Of a DNA stretch of 64,000 nt, positions 1-9,575 are shown one piece after another. The notes below the pieces were generated by a model, which saw only the letters and a list, made by a program, of their open reading frames with translations, searched no databases and was not told the origin of the DNA. Numbering within the stretch: position 1 is the stretch's first letter; each line of letters starts with the position of its first letter. The DNA comes from Armatimonadota bacterium (GTDB taxonomy: Bacteria; Armatimonadota; SYMT01), in assembly GCA_041690135.1 (NCBI GenBank), contig JAWLHY010000006.1:326337-390336 (forward strand). The letters run 5' to 3'. The position numbers were made by a program, and so were the translations under genes.

Positions 1-73
1 GCAATCCAGCGACTGTTCCCACGCACCCCGTCCCCCTTGGCCCTTCCGGATTCGTCTGCACCCCCTCAGTCAT
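1..73 (-). CDS. Possible 5' end of a gene running off the left edge (MTEGVQTNPEG...)
   Basis: ATG at 73, just downstream of the methyltransferase stop; frame is open to the window edge; only 24 codons visible. Confidence 0.3.
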   Translation of the reverse strand, partial: MTEGVQTNPEGPRGTGCVGTVAGL

Positions 74-87
74 ACCCAGGTGGGCAC

Positions 88-1155
88 TCAAGCCCTCCGC
101 GCCGCGGCGCACCAGTTGAAATAGAGGCGCCAGTGACGGTCGTAGGTCACCCAGGCCCACGGAACACCGTCCCGCTCTTCCCGGATCGAAAAGCCGCGCC
201 GTTCCATGGCAGAGCGAACCGCCTCGCGTGGATCCCCGGGAGGCGCCTCCCCTTCCGGAAAGAAGAAAGGATCGGAGAGCAGGAGCCACCCCCCGCTCCG
301 CACCACACGCGCGGCATCGTCGAGGGGAGCGTCGATCCCGGCGATATCAATGATGTTACTGCTCGTGACGGTGTCGAAGAGGCCCGATGCAAAGGGCATC
401 CGGCAGCAGTCTCCCACCACGAACTCCACATTACGAGCCGGCGGGAGGGTCAGCGGCCGCAGCGTCTGTTGTCCGCGCCGTGTAGTGAGATAGTATGTCC
501 GCTCCGGCTCCGGGCGATGCAGCACGGCGCGCCGGGCAAGCAATATGGCCAGGAACGACCGGTCCACCCCGAAAACCAGGGGGTAGTGCCGCGCCAGGCG
601 GGCGACCAGACCGCCACCTCCGCAACCGGCATCCAGCGCAAGGTTCCGCTGCGCGGGCAGCCGGCCGGACCACTCGGCCAGAACGTTGTAGGGATTCACG
701 CCCCGCAGGCGTTCCAGCCAACCGGCGAACTCACCGTAGATGGCTTCCGGCTGGTCGGTCATTGCCAGGGCCACGTCCCAGGGATCCTCAAACTGCTGGG
801 AGAATCGGAAATCGGCGCCGTAGTCTTCCTGGCCCGGCCGTCCGCCGCGCCGGCTCAACCAGTTCCGACCCGCCGCGGAAAGCCAGCCGTGTCGCCCCAG
901 GTCCCGCTGCATAGCCCCGTAATACTTCCGGACGTAATCTTCCGGCCCGGGTACCAGGATCGCCACCCCGGCCAGGATGGGATACTCCGCCCCGCAACGC
1001 GCGCAGGCGAGGCCGCCTTCCAGAATCTCACCGGCATCTCCGTCAACCGTGCGCTGGGGTAATCCCGCCAGGGGTGCGAGCGCCAGGCTTCCGGAGCAAC
1101 TGTCGGAGGATCCGATAGCCGGGCATGCAAGTAAGGGAACGATGGAGGTTTGCAT
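88..1155 (-). CDS. Class I SAM-dependent methyltransferase with N-terminal Trm112-like domain
   Basis: N-terminal LLACP...EILEGGLACARCGAEYPILAGVAIL (Trm112-like); SAM motif I ALDAGCGGG; VVGD...MPFASGLFD; start placed at MQTSIV. Confidence 0.8.
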   Translation of the reverse strand: MQTSIVPLLACPAIGSSDSCSGSLALAPLAGLPQRTVDGDAGEILEGGLACARCGAEYPILAGVAILVPGPEDYVRKYYGAMQRDLGRHGWLSAAGRNWLSRRGGRPGQEDYGADFRFSQQFEDPWDVALAMTDQPEAIYGEFAGWLERLRGVNPYNVLAEWSGRLPAQRNLALDAGCGGGGLVARLARHYPLVFGVDRSFLAILLARRAVLHRPEPERTYYLTTRRGQQTLRPLTLPPARNVEFVVGDCCRMPFASGLFDTVTSSNIIDIAGIDAPLDDAARVVRSGGWLLLSDPFFFPEGEAPPGDPREAVRSAMERRGFSIREERDGVPWAWVTYDRHWRLYFNWCAAARRA

Positions 1156-1177
1156 CGTTCTGGAGTATATCATCAGG

Positions 1178-1206
1178 TTGACGCGCGGCTTGAGGAAGGA
1201 TAAGAT
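1178..1206 (+). promoter_or_regulatory. sigma70-type promoter
   Basis: TTGACG (1178-1183), 17-nt spacer, TAAGAT (1201-1206). Confidence 0.5.
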
Positions 1207-1274
1207 GGCCTCGCGCGCAAACGAGGAGTTGCGGCTCCGCGCAGTCTCCCCGCACTCCGCCGTAGTGAGAAACC

Positions 1275-1439
1275 ATGGACCAGCAGGGAAACAAGGGTAT
1301 CTGGAGCATTCTTCGCAAGAAGAACCGGAAAGAGTTGGACAAGGTCCAGCGCGACCTGGTGATGGGCCGCCATGAGCAGCGGGAGTACGCCGGCGATCCT
1401 CGGCAGCCCCAGCACCAGTGGGTGAAACTCAAGAAGTAA
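1275..1439 (+). CDS. Small basic hypothetical protein, 54 aa (MDQQGNKGIWSILRKKNRKELDKVQRDLVMGRHEQREYAGDPRQPQHQWVKLKK)
   Basis: Translated by hand (below the ORF track length cut-off); GC3-rich codons; follows a sigma70-like promoter and precedes the GNAT gene. Confidence 0.55.
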   Translation: MDQQGNKGIWSILRKKNRKELDKVQRDLVMGRHEQREYAGDPRQPQHQWVKLKK

Positions 1440-1498
1440 CCCTTTCAACCCTTTCCATCCATCCGGAACATTGCCCGACCGGAACAGAGGAACGCCGC

Positions 1499-1978
1499 GT
1501 GGAGGAGATCCGCTTTCGCCCCGCCACCTCGCACGAGGACCGAAGCTTCTTCCGGGAAATGGAATTCCTCACCACCTGGGAGAGCCTCGATCCGGTGGAT
1601 CGCGAGCGCCTGACGCGAGCAGAAGTGCGGGAGGCACTCGACCTCACCCACGAGATCTTGTTGGAGCGCCCCGGCAACCGGATCGTCATTGCTGAAAACG
1701 CGGCGGGCGAGCGAGTGGGCCTCCTCTGGTTCGGAATCAATCGCAACGTGATTTCGGGCGAGGAAGAGGCCTGGGTGTACAACGTGAGCGTTGTTCCGGG
1801 GCAGCAGGGCCGCGGAATCGGCCGGATGCTCATGGCTCATGCAGAGGAGCTGGCCCGGAGCGGTGGATTCCGCTCCGTGGGGCTTATGGTCTCCAACCAC
1901 AACTCTCCCGCCATTGGTCTCTATCAGAAGCTCGCCTTCCGCACCACGAACCTCGTGATGCGGAAAACGCTACCCTGA
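1499..1978 (+). CDS. GNAT family N-acetyltransferase
   Basis: Motif A VVPGQQGRGIGRMLM and NSPAIGLYQKLAF; GTG start at 1499 after AGAGG. Confidence 0.9.
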   Translation: MEEIRFRPATSHEDRSFFREMEFLTTWESLDPVDRERLTRAEVREALDLTHEILLERPGNRIVIAENAAGERVGLLWFGINRNVISGEEEAWVYNVSVVPGQQGRGIGRMLMAHAEELARSGGFRSVGLMVSNHNSPAIGLYQKLAFRTTNLVMRKTLP

Positions 1979-3382
1979 CGAAAGCTCCCCGGCGAAACGG
2001 AATTCCCGGTCTCCGAAGCGGACCGTGTCTCCCACCTGCAGCTCGCGGTGCTGCTTGATGCGGCGCCCGTTCACATAGGTACCGTTCCGGCTTCCTTCGT
2101 CCACCAGCAGGTAAACCCCGGCGCCCGCTTCGATCCGGGCATGCACGCGGGACACCTGTCCGCTGTCCAGCACCAGGTCGCATTCTTCGCCCCTTCCCAC
2201 GCGGGTGCAGCCTTCCTTCACCCACAACGGCAGCAGGTCCAGGCGTGGGTTCGAGTCCTGAATGGGGAGTTGGCGTCCACGCTGTCCGAGCCAGATGAAG
2301 AGCACCGCCCCGCCCAACCCCAGCCCCACAATTACCAGGAGCACACCGCCGATGACCCGCGGGTCCTGGCTCCGGGTCCCGGCAGTGGACCCGCTTACCG
2401 CAGGCGCTTCCGGGTTATTGGGCACCGTGACCAGCAGGCTCCCCTGCCCCGGAGCCTGGTACCAGGTTTCCCCCACCAGCGGAGTGCCGGCGAGTGCCAC
2501 GCTCACATTGCGCCGGGTCGCGTCCGCGGTGGGAACGGGCGTTCGGAACCGGATGCGATATTCGCGGCGGAGTTCCTGCGCCAGGGCAACGTAGAGGCGC
2601 TGCAGGTCAGCGGGGCCGGGAGCGCGCAGGTAGAGGCCGCCCGTTTCCTGCGCCAGGTGTTCCAGGCCGGCCGTGGCCGCATCCTCTCCCAGGGCTACGG
2701 TGCACAGCGCCACGCCTTGCGAGCGCGCATAGCGGATCACCTGGGCCGCGGAGATTCGGCTGCCGTTATCATTGCCGTCGGTCAGGGCCAGAACGATACG
2801 CCGAGAGTCGGGACGCGCGGGCCCGGCAGCCAACACGCTCCCGCCGCGAGTCTCCCGGAGGGAAACCTGTGTCACGGCCCAGTAGAGGGAGTCGAGGAAC
2901 GCGGTCGTCTCACCGCGGGTCGCCGTGCGGTCCACTGCCTGGAAGAGCGCCTGCTTTTGCTGCGTGAGCGGCTGTTCCAGCGTGCTCCGGTCCGAAAAAC
3001 TCACCAGCGCCGCCCGATCATCCGGAGCCAGTTGCTGGAGGAAATCACGCGCCGCCAGCCGTGCAAAGTCCAGCTTATTCTGCGCCAACATGCTGGGACT
3101 ACAGTCGATCACCAGGCAGACGTCAAGGGTCCCCCCTTCCCCGTCCACCTCGAGGACGCGGGCGGGCTGGCCGTTCTCCGTTACCCGGAACGACCCCGCA
3201 TGGAGCCCCCCCATCAGCAGTCCGCGGTCGTCGGTCGGGTACGCGTAGAGCACGACCTCGGGGAAGCGCGCGGCATTCGGCTGCCCCAGGCGCACCCCCG
3301 CTCCCGACGACAACTGCGCCCGCGCCGGCGCCGCCGCACACAGCACAGCGCCCAGAAGCCAACCCAGGAATGCACGGTTCAT
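1970..3382 (-). CDS. Exported VWA domain, TM helix and cytoplasmic FHA domain protein
   Basis: Signal peptide; MIDAS DCSPS...T...LTDG; TM IGGVLLVIVGLGLGGAVLFIWL; FHA motifs VGR, VSRVHA, GSRNGTYVNG. Confidence 0.85.
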   Translation of the reverse strand: MNRAFLGWLLGAVLCAAAPARAQLSSGAGVRLGQPNAARFPEVVLYAYPTDDRGLLMGGLHAGSFRVTENGQPARVLEVDGEGGTLDVCLVIDCSPSMLAQNKLDFARLAARDFLQQLAPDDRAALVSFSDRSTLEQPLTQQKQALFQAVDRTATRGETTAFLDSLYWAVTQVSLRETRGGSVLAAGPARPDSRRIVLALTDGNDNGSRISAAQVIRYARSQGVALCTVALGEDAATAGLEHLAQETGGLYLRAPGPADLQRLYVALAQELRREYRIRFRTPVPTADATRRNVSVALAGTPLVGETWYQAPGQGSLLVTVPNNPEAPAVSGSTAGTRSQDPRVIGGVLLVIVGLGLGGAVLFIWLGQRGRQLPIQDSNPRLDLLPLWVKEGCTRVGRGEECDLVLDSGQVSRVHARIEAGAGVYLLVDEGSRNGTYVNGRRIKQHRELQVGDTVRFGDREFRFAGELSSG

Positions 3383-3588
3383 CGCTTATTAGTCGGTTCA
3401 GTTCGCCCAACAGTTCCGGTTGCCCAGTGAGCTGTTTCACATGGGGGGCGTCTCCTAAACCACTGCGGGCAAGGCAGGCTTATTGCTATCGTTAGGCAAG
3501 CCTGCAGAGCGGGGGCCCTTCCACCAATCCTCTGGACGGAGAGCCACCTGCTTGCAGTGCGAAACTCCGCCGGTTCGAGGAAACGACC

Positions 3589-4437
3589 ATGCCAACACTC
3601 ACCGCAGCCACCTATCCCAGCCCCGCGGCGGTCCGCCTTCAGACCCCTGAAGTCCCGCTGGCGGACAAGCGGTTCCTGCGCCGCGCGGAGGAGGCCGAAC
3701 TGATCCGCCGCGCCAAGCAGGGAGATCGACGGGCGCAGGAGCGCCTCATCGACGCCAACCTCCGCCTGATCTACCGGATCGCCCGCCGCTACCGCTGCCG
3801 CAGTTACTCCCAGGAGGACCTGGTGCAGGAGGGGGTGGTCGGTTTGATGCTGGCCATGGAACGATGGGATGCGGACCGCGGCTGTCGCCTCAGCACGTAC
3901 GCGGTGCACTGGATCCGGCAGGCGATTGCCCGGGCCGTGGAGCAGAATGACCGCCTGATCCATGTTCCGCTCCAGGCTTCCGTCGACCTGCGGCGCCTCC
4001 TGCGCCTGCGGGATGAACTGGAGCGGAGCCTCGGCAGGACCCCCACCGAAGAACAGTTGGCGGAGGCGACCGGACTTTCGGAAGATCGCGTGCGCCAACT
4101 GCTGGCGACCGCCGAAGACGCCATCAGCCTGGAAGCCGCCGTCGGCTGCGATGAAGATACTTCGCTGATGGAATTGGCGGAAGACCCGGATGCGATCAAC
4201 CCCGAACAAGATGCTTTGCTGGGGGAATACCGCTCCCAGCTCCGGCAACTGGTCGGCACGCTCCGCCCCCGCGAACGACAGGTGGTGGTGGAACGCTTCG
4301 GCTTCGACGGGCGGCATCCACAAACGTTGGAAGAGATCAGCCGGCAGCTTCAAGTTTCGCGCGAACGGGTCCGGCAAATCGAAGCGCGGGCGATCCAAAA
4401 GCTGCGGCACGCGCTCAAGGCACAACAGTGGGATTGA
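3589..4437 (+). CDS. Alternative sigma70-family factor (RpoD/RpoS-like, no region 1.1)
   Basis: ANLRLI, DLVQEGVVGL, STYAVHWIRQAI, region 3 LGRTPTEEQLA, region 4 TLEEISRQLQVSRERVRQIE. Confidence 0.9.
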   Translation: MPTLTAATYPSPAAVRLQTPEVPLADKRFLRRAEEAELIRRAKQGDRRAQERLIDANLRLIYRIARRYRCRSYSQEDLVQEGVVGLMLAMERWDADRGCRLSTYAVHWIRQAIARAVEQNDRLIHVPLQASVDLRRLLRLRDELERSLGRTPTEEQLAEATGLSEDRVRQLLATAEDAISLEAAVGCDEDTSLMELAEDPDAINPEQDALLGEYRSQLRQLVGTLRPRERQVVVERFGFDGRHPQTLEEISRQLQVSRERVRQIEARAIQKLRHALKAQQWD

Positions 4438-6670
4438 TCTCGCGCCGCCAACCACTGTGCAGGCTCACCAGGTCGTCGATGGTCGGAATGACGGTCGGTT
4501 CCAGGATGATGACGCTGCTCTGATAGACCCCCTTCTGGCGACGGCCTTGCTTGAAAGGCGCGATGGGGATGTCCTTGAGAAGGTCTTTGATCAGCGGTGT
4601 CTTACGGAGAATCGGGATCCCGCCGGTCGACTCGTAGTAGCTGATATTGCTCGCCAGCGTGGAAAGCACCATCGGCTCATAGGCCAGCACGGTGACCGTG
4701 GCATTGTTGATGCTGTGGTTGGTGACGCGGTCGGCGATCTTGCTCGATTCCGGCTGCAAGGTCTGGTTGGCGGTAAGCGTCAACGACACCGTACTGGCGT
4801 CGAAGCCGATCGTCGGATTCGCCGAGAGATTGATCCCGGCCTGGACGGGCACCGCCTGCCCACCGGCCAACAGCGCCTTGATGATCGCCTCGCCGCCGAT
4901 TCCGTACTGTTGCTGCAGCATCTGGAACGTATTCGCCGCCTGCCCGGCCTGCTGCACCCGCTCCAGGAGGCTCAGGTTGGAGGGCAGCTTCGCCTGGACC
5001 TGCGCGGAGACCGAGTTGGTGGTTCCCGGGGCGAACTGCAGGCTGACACTGTTGGACACGAACACGTTCACACCCGTGTCCGCCAGCAGGAGGTCCCGGG
5101 CGATATCCGCCACATCGTCAATGCCCGTCGCGGAGAGGATATCCCGGCTGGAAGTCTTCCCGAGTTGCTTGTTGGCCAGGAGTCGCAACTGGTCCACATA
5201 ACGATTGTAGAACTGCTGCTCCAGCGCTCGTGCCAGAGCCTCGCTGGCCCGGCGCAGCCACAGGTTCAGGTTCGCCTCAAGGGCTTGTAGCTTCTCGTAG
5301 TTGACCTCGGGCGGCGGCTCCGTTCCCTTCACCAGCAGCAAGCGGTCAACTTTCAAACGCTCCTCGTTGTACTCGCGGAACATGTCGATCAACTGTTCCG
5401 GCGTGGGAGCCGAATCGTCAGCCGCGGCCACCACCGCTTCGAACAACGCCAGGGGCAAGGGCACCAACTCGTCCGCAAGGGATTTGAGCGCCAGCAACTG
5501 TTGGCCGACATAACTTTCCGGAAGCTTTCGCTTCTTTCCCTTGTCGCGCTCCGCGAGACCCCGGGCCAATGCCGCCTCGAGCTGTTCCGCCCGCTGGAGA
5601 GCCTGTCGGAAGCGGCGATCCAATTCCCGCAAGCTCTCTTCCATGTGTTTGCGGATCAGGTTGGGGTACAGGCGTTCGGTCAGATGCAGGGAGCGTCGTA
5701 GCCGCAACCGAATCCAGGAAGGGAGTGGGCAGTCCGGAAGCTCCAGAGCTTCCAGGAATCCGCCTACGGCGATCCCGTTCTCGCGATCCAGCTCGCGGGC
5801 GTAGTGAGCACACCAATCACTGGCCCGCGCAACGGCCGCCTTCCAGGTCTCCAGTTCCTCCGCGATCTCATCCACGATCGCCGCGTCGTCCTGGAGCGGA
5901 TCGCGAACCGACTCCCCCAGCACTTTCGGAAGCGCCAGGAGCGCGGCTTCCGTCTCGGATCCTGACCCCGCCGTCCCCTCGCCGGCCGGCGGGGGCAATG
6001 CCGGCGAGGACTGGTCCAGCATCAACAGAAGCAGAATCTCGGGAACGGTCAGCGGTCGGTCACCCGCCGCGAGCGAAGGCAGCAGGCGACGAACTTCCTG
6101 ATAGACCGCGAGTTGGGGGCCCTCGCGCTGCCGGAGTCGCTCCGTGAGGTAAGCTTCGAGATCGGCAAACGCGCGAACGACTTGTGCCCGCTGGGTATTG
6201 ACTAGGGTCCGCACCGCTTCCGTCATCTGGATCACATCGGCATTGGCGGGACCGGTGAGCTGCACTACGCGGAGATTAAGTTGCAGATGCGCGCGTGGAC
6301 GTTCAAACAGGAACGCCATCAACTGGATGTTGCCGATCTCCTCGTCCACCCACTCCCGGTCCCCCACGACCAGCAGGTGATTACCCCCAAGGAGAAAGGA
6401 GATTTCATCATACCGCGGCTGCTTCGGGTCTCCACCCGGCAACTGGAATCGGAAGAGCCCTCCGGACTTCAGCGAGTCGAGGTGGGATTTGAACTGCGCG
6501 ACCGACTGCGGATCCTTCATCACGACCCGGCGCACTACCGAACGGGGACGAGCGGCTGCGGTGGCTTCCGGAGACTGGGCTCCCGCCGGCAAGCAGAGCA
6601 GCGCCCCAAGGACCAACAGCCATCCGATCAGGGCCGGACGGCCCGGTTGAACGGGCGGAATGAGCGACAT
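4415..6670 (-). CDS. Atypical secretin-like (T2SS/T4P outer-membrane) protein with large helical insertion
   Basis: Signal peptide; N3-like NHLLVVGD...PRAHLQLNLRVVQL; C-terminal beta-rich region ending GIPILRKTPLIKDLL...SSVIILEPTVI, which resembles the secretin signature. Confidence 0.55.
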   Translation of the reverse strand: MSLIPPVQPGRPALIGWLLVLGALLCLPAGAQSPEATAAARPRSVVRRVVMKDPQSVAQFKSHLDSLKSGGLFRFQLPGGDPKQPRYDEISFLLGGNHLLVVGDREWVDEEIGNIQLMAFLFERPRAHLQLNLRVVQLTGPANADVIQMTEAVRTLVNTQRAQVVRAFADLEAYLTERLRQREGPQLAVYQEVRRLLPSLAAGDRPLTVPEILLLLMLDQSSPALPPPAGEGTAGSGSETEAALLALPKVLGESVRDPLQDDAAIVDEIAEELETWKAAVARASDWCAHYARELDRENGIAVGGFLEALELPDCPLPSWIRLRLRRSLHLTERLYPNLIRKHMEESLRELDRRFRQALQRAEQLEAALARGLAERDKGKKRKLPESYVGQQLLALKSLADELVPLPLALFEAVVAAADDSAPTPEQLIDMFREYNEERLKVDRLLLVKGTEPPPEVNYEKLQALEANLNLWLRRASEALARALEQQFYNRYVDQLRLLANKQLGKTSSRDILSATGIDDVADIARDLLLADTGVNVFVSNSVSLQFAPGTTNSVSAQVQAKLPSNLSLLERVQQAGQAANTFQMLQQQYGIGGEAIIKALLAGGQAVPVQAGINLSANPTIGFDASTVSLTLTANQTLQPESSKIADRVTNHSINNATVTVLAYEPMVLSTLASNISYYESTGGIPILRKTPLIKDLLKDIPIAPFKQGRRQKGVYQSSVIILEPTVIPTIDDLVSLHSGWRREINPTVVP

Positions 6671-7106
6671 GACAGACGTGGGACCCTTCAAGACCCACAC
6701 ATTTGTCCCCAGAACCGCCGGTACTTATGATTACTAGATGCAGAGTTTCCGTTGAGCGCTCGCACCAGGAGTGGCCGGAAAGCAAGCCGGGATGCGCTTC
6801 CACCCGCGGAAAGTACCTTTCGCACCGTATGGGCACGTCCGAATGGGCAAATTGCTGCTTGTTTGTTGGCTGTGAGACGGCAAGCGGTGGTCCCAACTGC
6901 TAAGCTGGGGAAGGGATACCGTAGTCAGCCATTGGTAGACCGGGTATCCTGCCGTGGAATGATTACGGGGGAATAGACCTGTGCCGGAAGAAGGATACAG
7001 GCGACCAGCCGGCCGACTATGCGTACTGAGGGAAGAACCTGTCCCTCGGATGAGGCACAAGCGACCCAATGGCCGGCGGCCCCGCCAACTATGGGAGTAT
7101 GGAACA

Positions 7107-7934
7107 ATGCGGCGTGGATTTACATTGCTCGAACTATTGGTGGTGATCGGCATCATCGCCGTCCTCGCCGCCCTTCTGTTCCCCGTGTTCGCCTCCGCCC
7201 GGGAGCATGCGCGACGATCGACCTGCCTGTCAAACCTGAAGCAGGTGGGCACTGCCGTCCAGATGTACACGATGGACGCGGACGACGTGTTGCCCGTTCC
7301 GATGGTCCGTGCGCCGCGTTCGTCCTGGGCGGGACAACTCCAGCCTTACATGAAGAGCTGGTCGCTCCTCCGGTGCCCGAACATGGTCGACGCCACCATC
7401 GCAGGCCAGAGCATCTGGTCCGGGGCCTACGCCACCACCCAGAACCTCAGTGTCTGGCCCGGTTATGGATGGAATGCGGATTACCTTGCGCCTTCGCTGC
7501 CGGATTGCTCCGACTTCGACAAGCAGGTTCCGGGCGCCGGCCTCCCGGTAAACGACGCCCAGATCAAAAACAGTGCCGGCACGGTGATGTGCGTCGGCAT
7601 CAGCCTCGCACCCGGCCCGGGTTCTTTCGCAAATCGCAATTCGCTCTACCCGGAACGCGGTGGCTACTATTACGCTCCCGCCCCCGCCACTCTCGGCTCG
7701 AAGGACGGCTGCACCTATCCCTATAGCGGTTGGGGAGTCGGCTCTTTTCTCGGACCTTACGGCGGCTTCGACGGCACCCGACACGGCGGTAAGGGATGTG
7801 TGCTTTTCGTAGATGGACACGCGAAAATCATGTCTCCGCAGCAGTTGGCCGCCGGAACGGATTGGTCGTCCCTTCAGCCCAATAATCAGATCAAGGTCAC
7901 CAATCGGTCTCTCTACCTGTGGGATCTAGAATGA
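7107..7934 (+). CDS. Prepilin-type N-methylation / DUF1559 protein with H-X9-DG motif
   Basis: [46 protein letters not shown]; [14 protein letters not shown]. Confidence 0.9.
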   Translation: MRRGFTLLELLVVIGIIAVLAALLFPVFASAREHARRSTCLSNLKQVGTAVQMYTMDADDVLPVPMVRAPRSSWAGQLQPYMKSWSLLRCPNMVDATIAGQSIWSGAYATTQNLSVWPGYGWNADYLAPSLPDCSDFDKQVPGAGLPVNDAQIKNSAGTVMCVGISLAPGPGSFANRNSLYPERGGYYYAPAPATLGSKDGCTYPYSGWGVGSFLGPYGGFDGTRHGGKGCVLFVDGHAKIMSPQQLAAGTDWSSLQPNNQIKVTNRSLYLWDLE

Positions 7935-8567
7935 CTTCCGCTCCAGAAGGCGTTCGACTTCGCCCACGGCCAGGGAATCCATGACCGTGTCCGGCTGCAC
8001 GTAGGCCAGGCGGGTCTGGCGGTCCAGGAGGTAGGCGCGCGGCTTCCAGCGAGCGTTCAGCGTCTCGGCCAGGGCTCCATCCGCGTCGAGCACCAGGCGC
8101 ACCTTGCCCGCCTTCTTGCTACACATCTCCGCCACCGGCCCCTCGGCACGCGTGGCCACGCCCACCACTTGTAGATCGGGGTGCTTCTCCTTCAGGGTCA
8201 CCCAGGTGGAAAGCAGGCTCTTGACGGAGCAACTCGTCGCGTCACCCACGAAGAGCAGCACGGTCGGCTTGCCCGGGCGGATCGCCTTCGCGGGTCGGCC
8301 TTCCAGGTCGCGGAGCGGTACGGACGGCAACTCCATGCCGGGGACCGGATCCTTTTCGGCCAGCGCCACGGCCCGGCGCCATTCCACCATGCGGCGCTGC
8401 GGATTGATCGAGGGGCCTTCCCAGCCGCGCTCGGCAAACCACGGGGCAGTACGCAGCCCCACGTAAAAGACCACCTGCAGCGCCAGTACGCTCGCCAGCA
8501 CCGGCACCAGTTTGCCCGGCGCGGCGGGCGCTACTACTTCTCGACTGTTCTCTTGCATGAATGCCAC
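7926..8567 (-). CDS. Membrane-anchored redoxin (AhpC/TSA/TlpA-like)
   Basis: N-terminal TM; [36 protein letters not shown]; no intact CxxC. Confidence 0.7.
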   Translation of the reverse strand: MAFMQENSREVVAPAAPGKLVPVLASVLALQVVFYVGLRTAPWFAERGWEGPSINPQRRMVEWRRAVALAEKDPVPGMELPSVPLRDLEGRPAKAIRPGKPTVLLFVGDATSCSVKSLLSTWVTLKEKHPDLQVVGVATRAEGPVAEMCSKKAGKVRLVLDADGALAETLNARWKPRAYLLDRQTRLAYVQPDTVMDSLAVGEVERLLERKSF

Positions 8568-8599
8568 TGACTGGGTCCCTCCAGATTGCTTGCTTTGGG

Positions 8600-9181
8600 T
8601 TACTTCGAGGTGTAGAACGGTTCTTGCGGGTAGACGTGAACGAAGGTGGAGCGCTCCGTGTTCGGCACCGGCACCTGGCGTACCTGCTCTTCGGGCACAC
8701 GCTGAACTGCCCCACTGGCGCGCAGGACCAATCGGAACGGATAACGCGGAGCGGCGCCCGGACCGGACTGTAGGCGCTCCGAGTACTCCTTCTCCTGATG
8801 ATGCTTACAGACGATCAGCACCAGGTTGGGATCGAGATCGTTCGTTTCCCAGTACGGCTTGAAAGCCGGCGGTACGACCGTGCGGAAGGCATAGGATGAG
8901 GCCGCCTTCTCCGGGTGCGGGTCTTCCGGGCACCGAAGCAGCCGGCGGTCCTGTACCGACTTCACAAAGTGGAGAGGGTTGGGATACTGGCCGTAATCCG
9001 AGGCATACATGCTCAGCGCCATGCCGAGCTGGCGGAGGTGCCCGCGGCAACTCGCCATGCGGGCCTGTTTACGCGCCTGCGCAAACACGGGAAGCAGGAT
9101 CCCCACCAGGACGGTGATGATCGCAATCACGAGCAGGAGCTCGATCAACGTGAAGCCAGTGCGTTTCGAATGTTTCTTCAT
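8600..9181 (-). CDS. Prepilin-type (pseudopilin) N-methylation protein
   Basis: RTGFTLIELLLVIAIITVLVGILLPVFAQARKQARMASC; LRCPED. Confidence 0.85.
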   Translation of the reverse strand: MKKHSKRTGFTLIELLLVIAIITVLVGILLPVFAQARKQARMASCRGHLRQLGMALSMYASDYGQYPNPLHFVKSVQDRRLLRCPEDPHPEKAASSYAFRTVVPPAFKPYWETNDLDPNLVLIVCKHHQEKEYSERLQSGPGAAPRYPFRLVLRASGAVQRVPEEQVRQVPVPNTERSTFVHVYPQEPFYTSK

Positions 9182-9232
9182 CGGTTTACTCCGGGGCGGG
9201 GCGGTGTGGAACCGCTCCGCCCCCGGCAAGTC

Positions 9233-9523
9233 TTACTGGCAGTAGGCGCCCGGGCTGTGGCACTCGAAGCCCTCTCCCAGCGCTTCCGTCATACTCCAAC
9301 CTTCGATGCACCAGAACATCTCGCGCTTGCACGTCCACAGGCGCATGCCGGACTGGTCGAGTTGCTTGCAGCAACTCTCGTCGACGACCGTGTCGGTGTA
9401 CACACAGTCCATGCTGTTGAAATCCGGGCAATAGTTGCCGCCACTGGCCGTAGCCACTCCGCCCGCGAACACTACACCTGCGGCGACGGAAGCCAGAACC
9501 AGGTTCCGAATCCTCTTTCTCAT
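9233..9523 (-). CDS. Small secreted cysteine-rich protein (8 Cys in the mature part)
   Basis: AGGAG RBS; Sec signal MRKRIRNLVLASVAAGVVFAGGVATA; mature region about 70 aa with C-C-CC-C-C-C-C. Confidence 0.75.
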   Translation of the reverse strand: MRKRIRNLVLASVAAGVVFAGGVATASGGNYCPDFNSMDCVYTDTVVDESCCKQLDQSGMRLWTCKREMFWCIEGWSMTEALGEGFECHSPGAYCQ

Positions 9524-9575
9524 TTCTTGTTCTCTCCTGACCAAGGGCGGGGAACAGTTTCCCCAGAGTTCCAGC

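Noticed and set aside
2248-2262. GGGTTCGAGTCC, tRNA T-arm-like motif
   Set aside because: Inside the VWA-FHA gene; no cloverleaf can be built
2048-3430. Long antisense ORFs (also 11503-12861, 19985-21385, 23789-25177, 54860-55900 and others)
   Set aside because: Shadow ORFs typical of high-GC coding regions opposite well-supported genes
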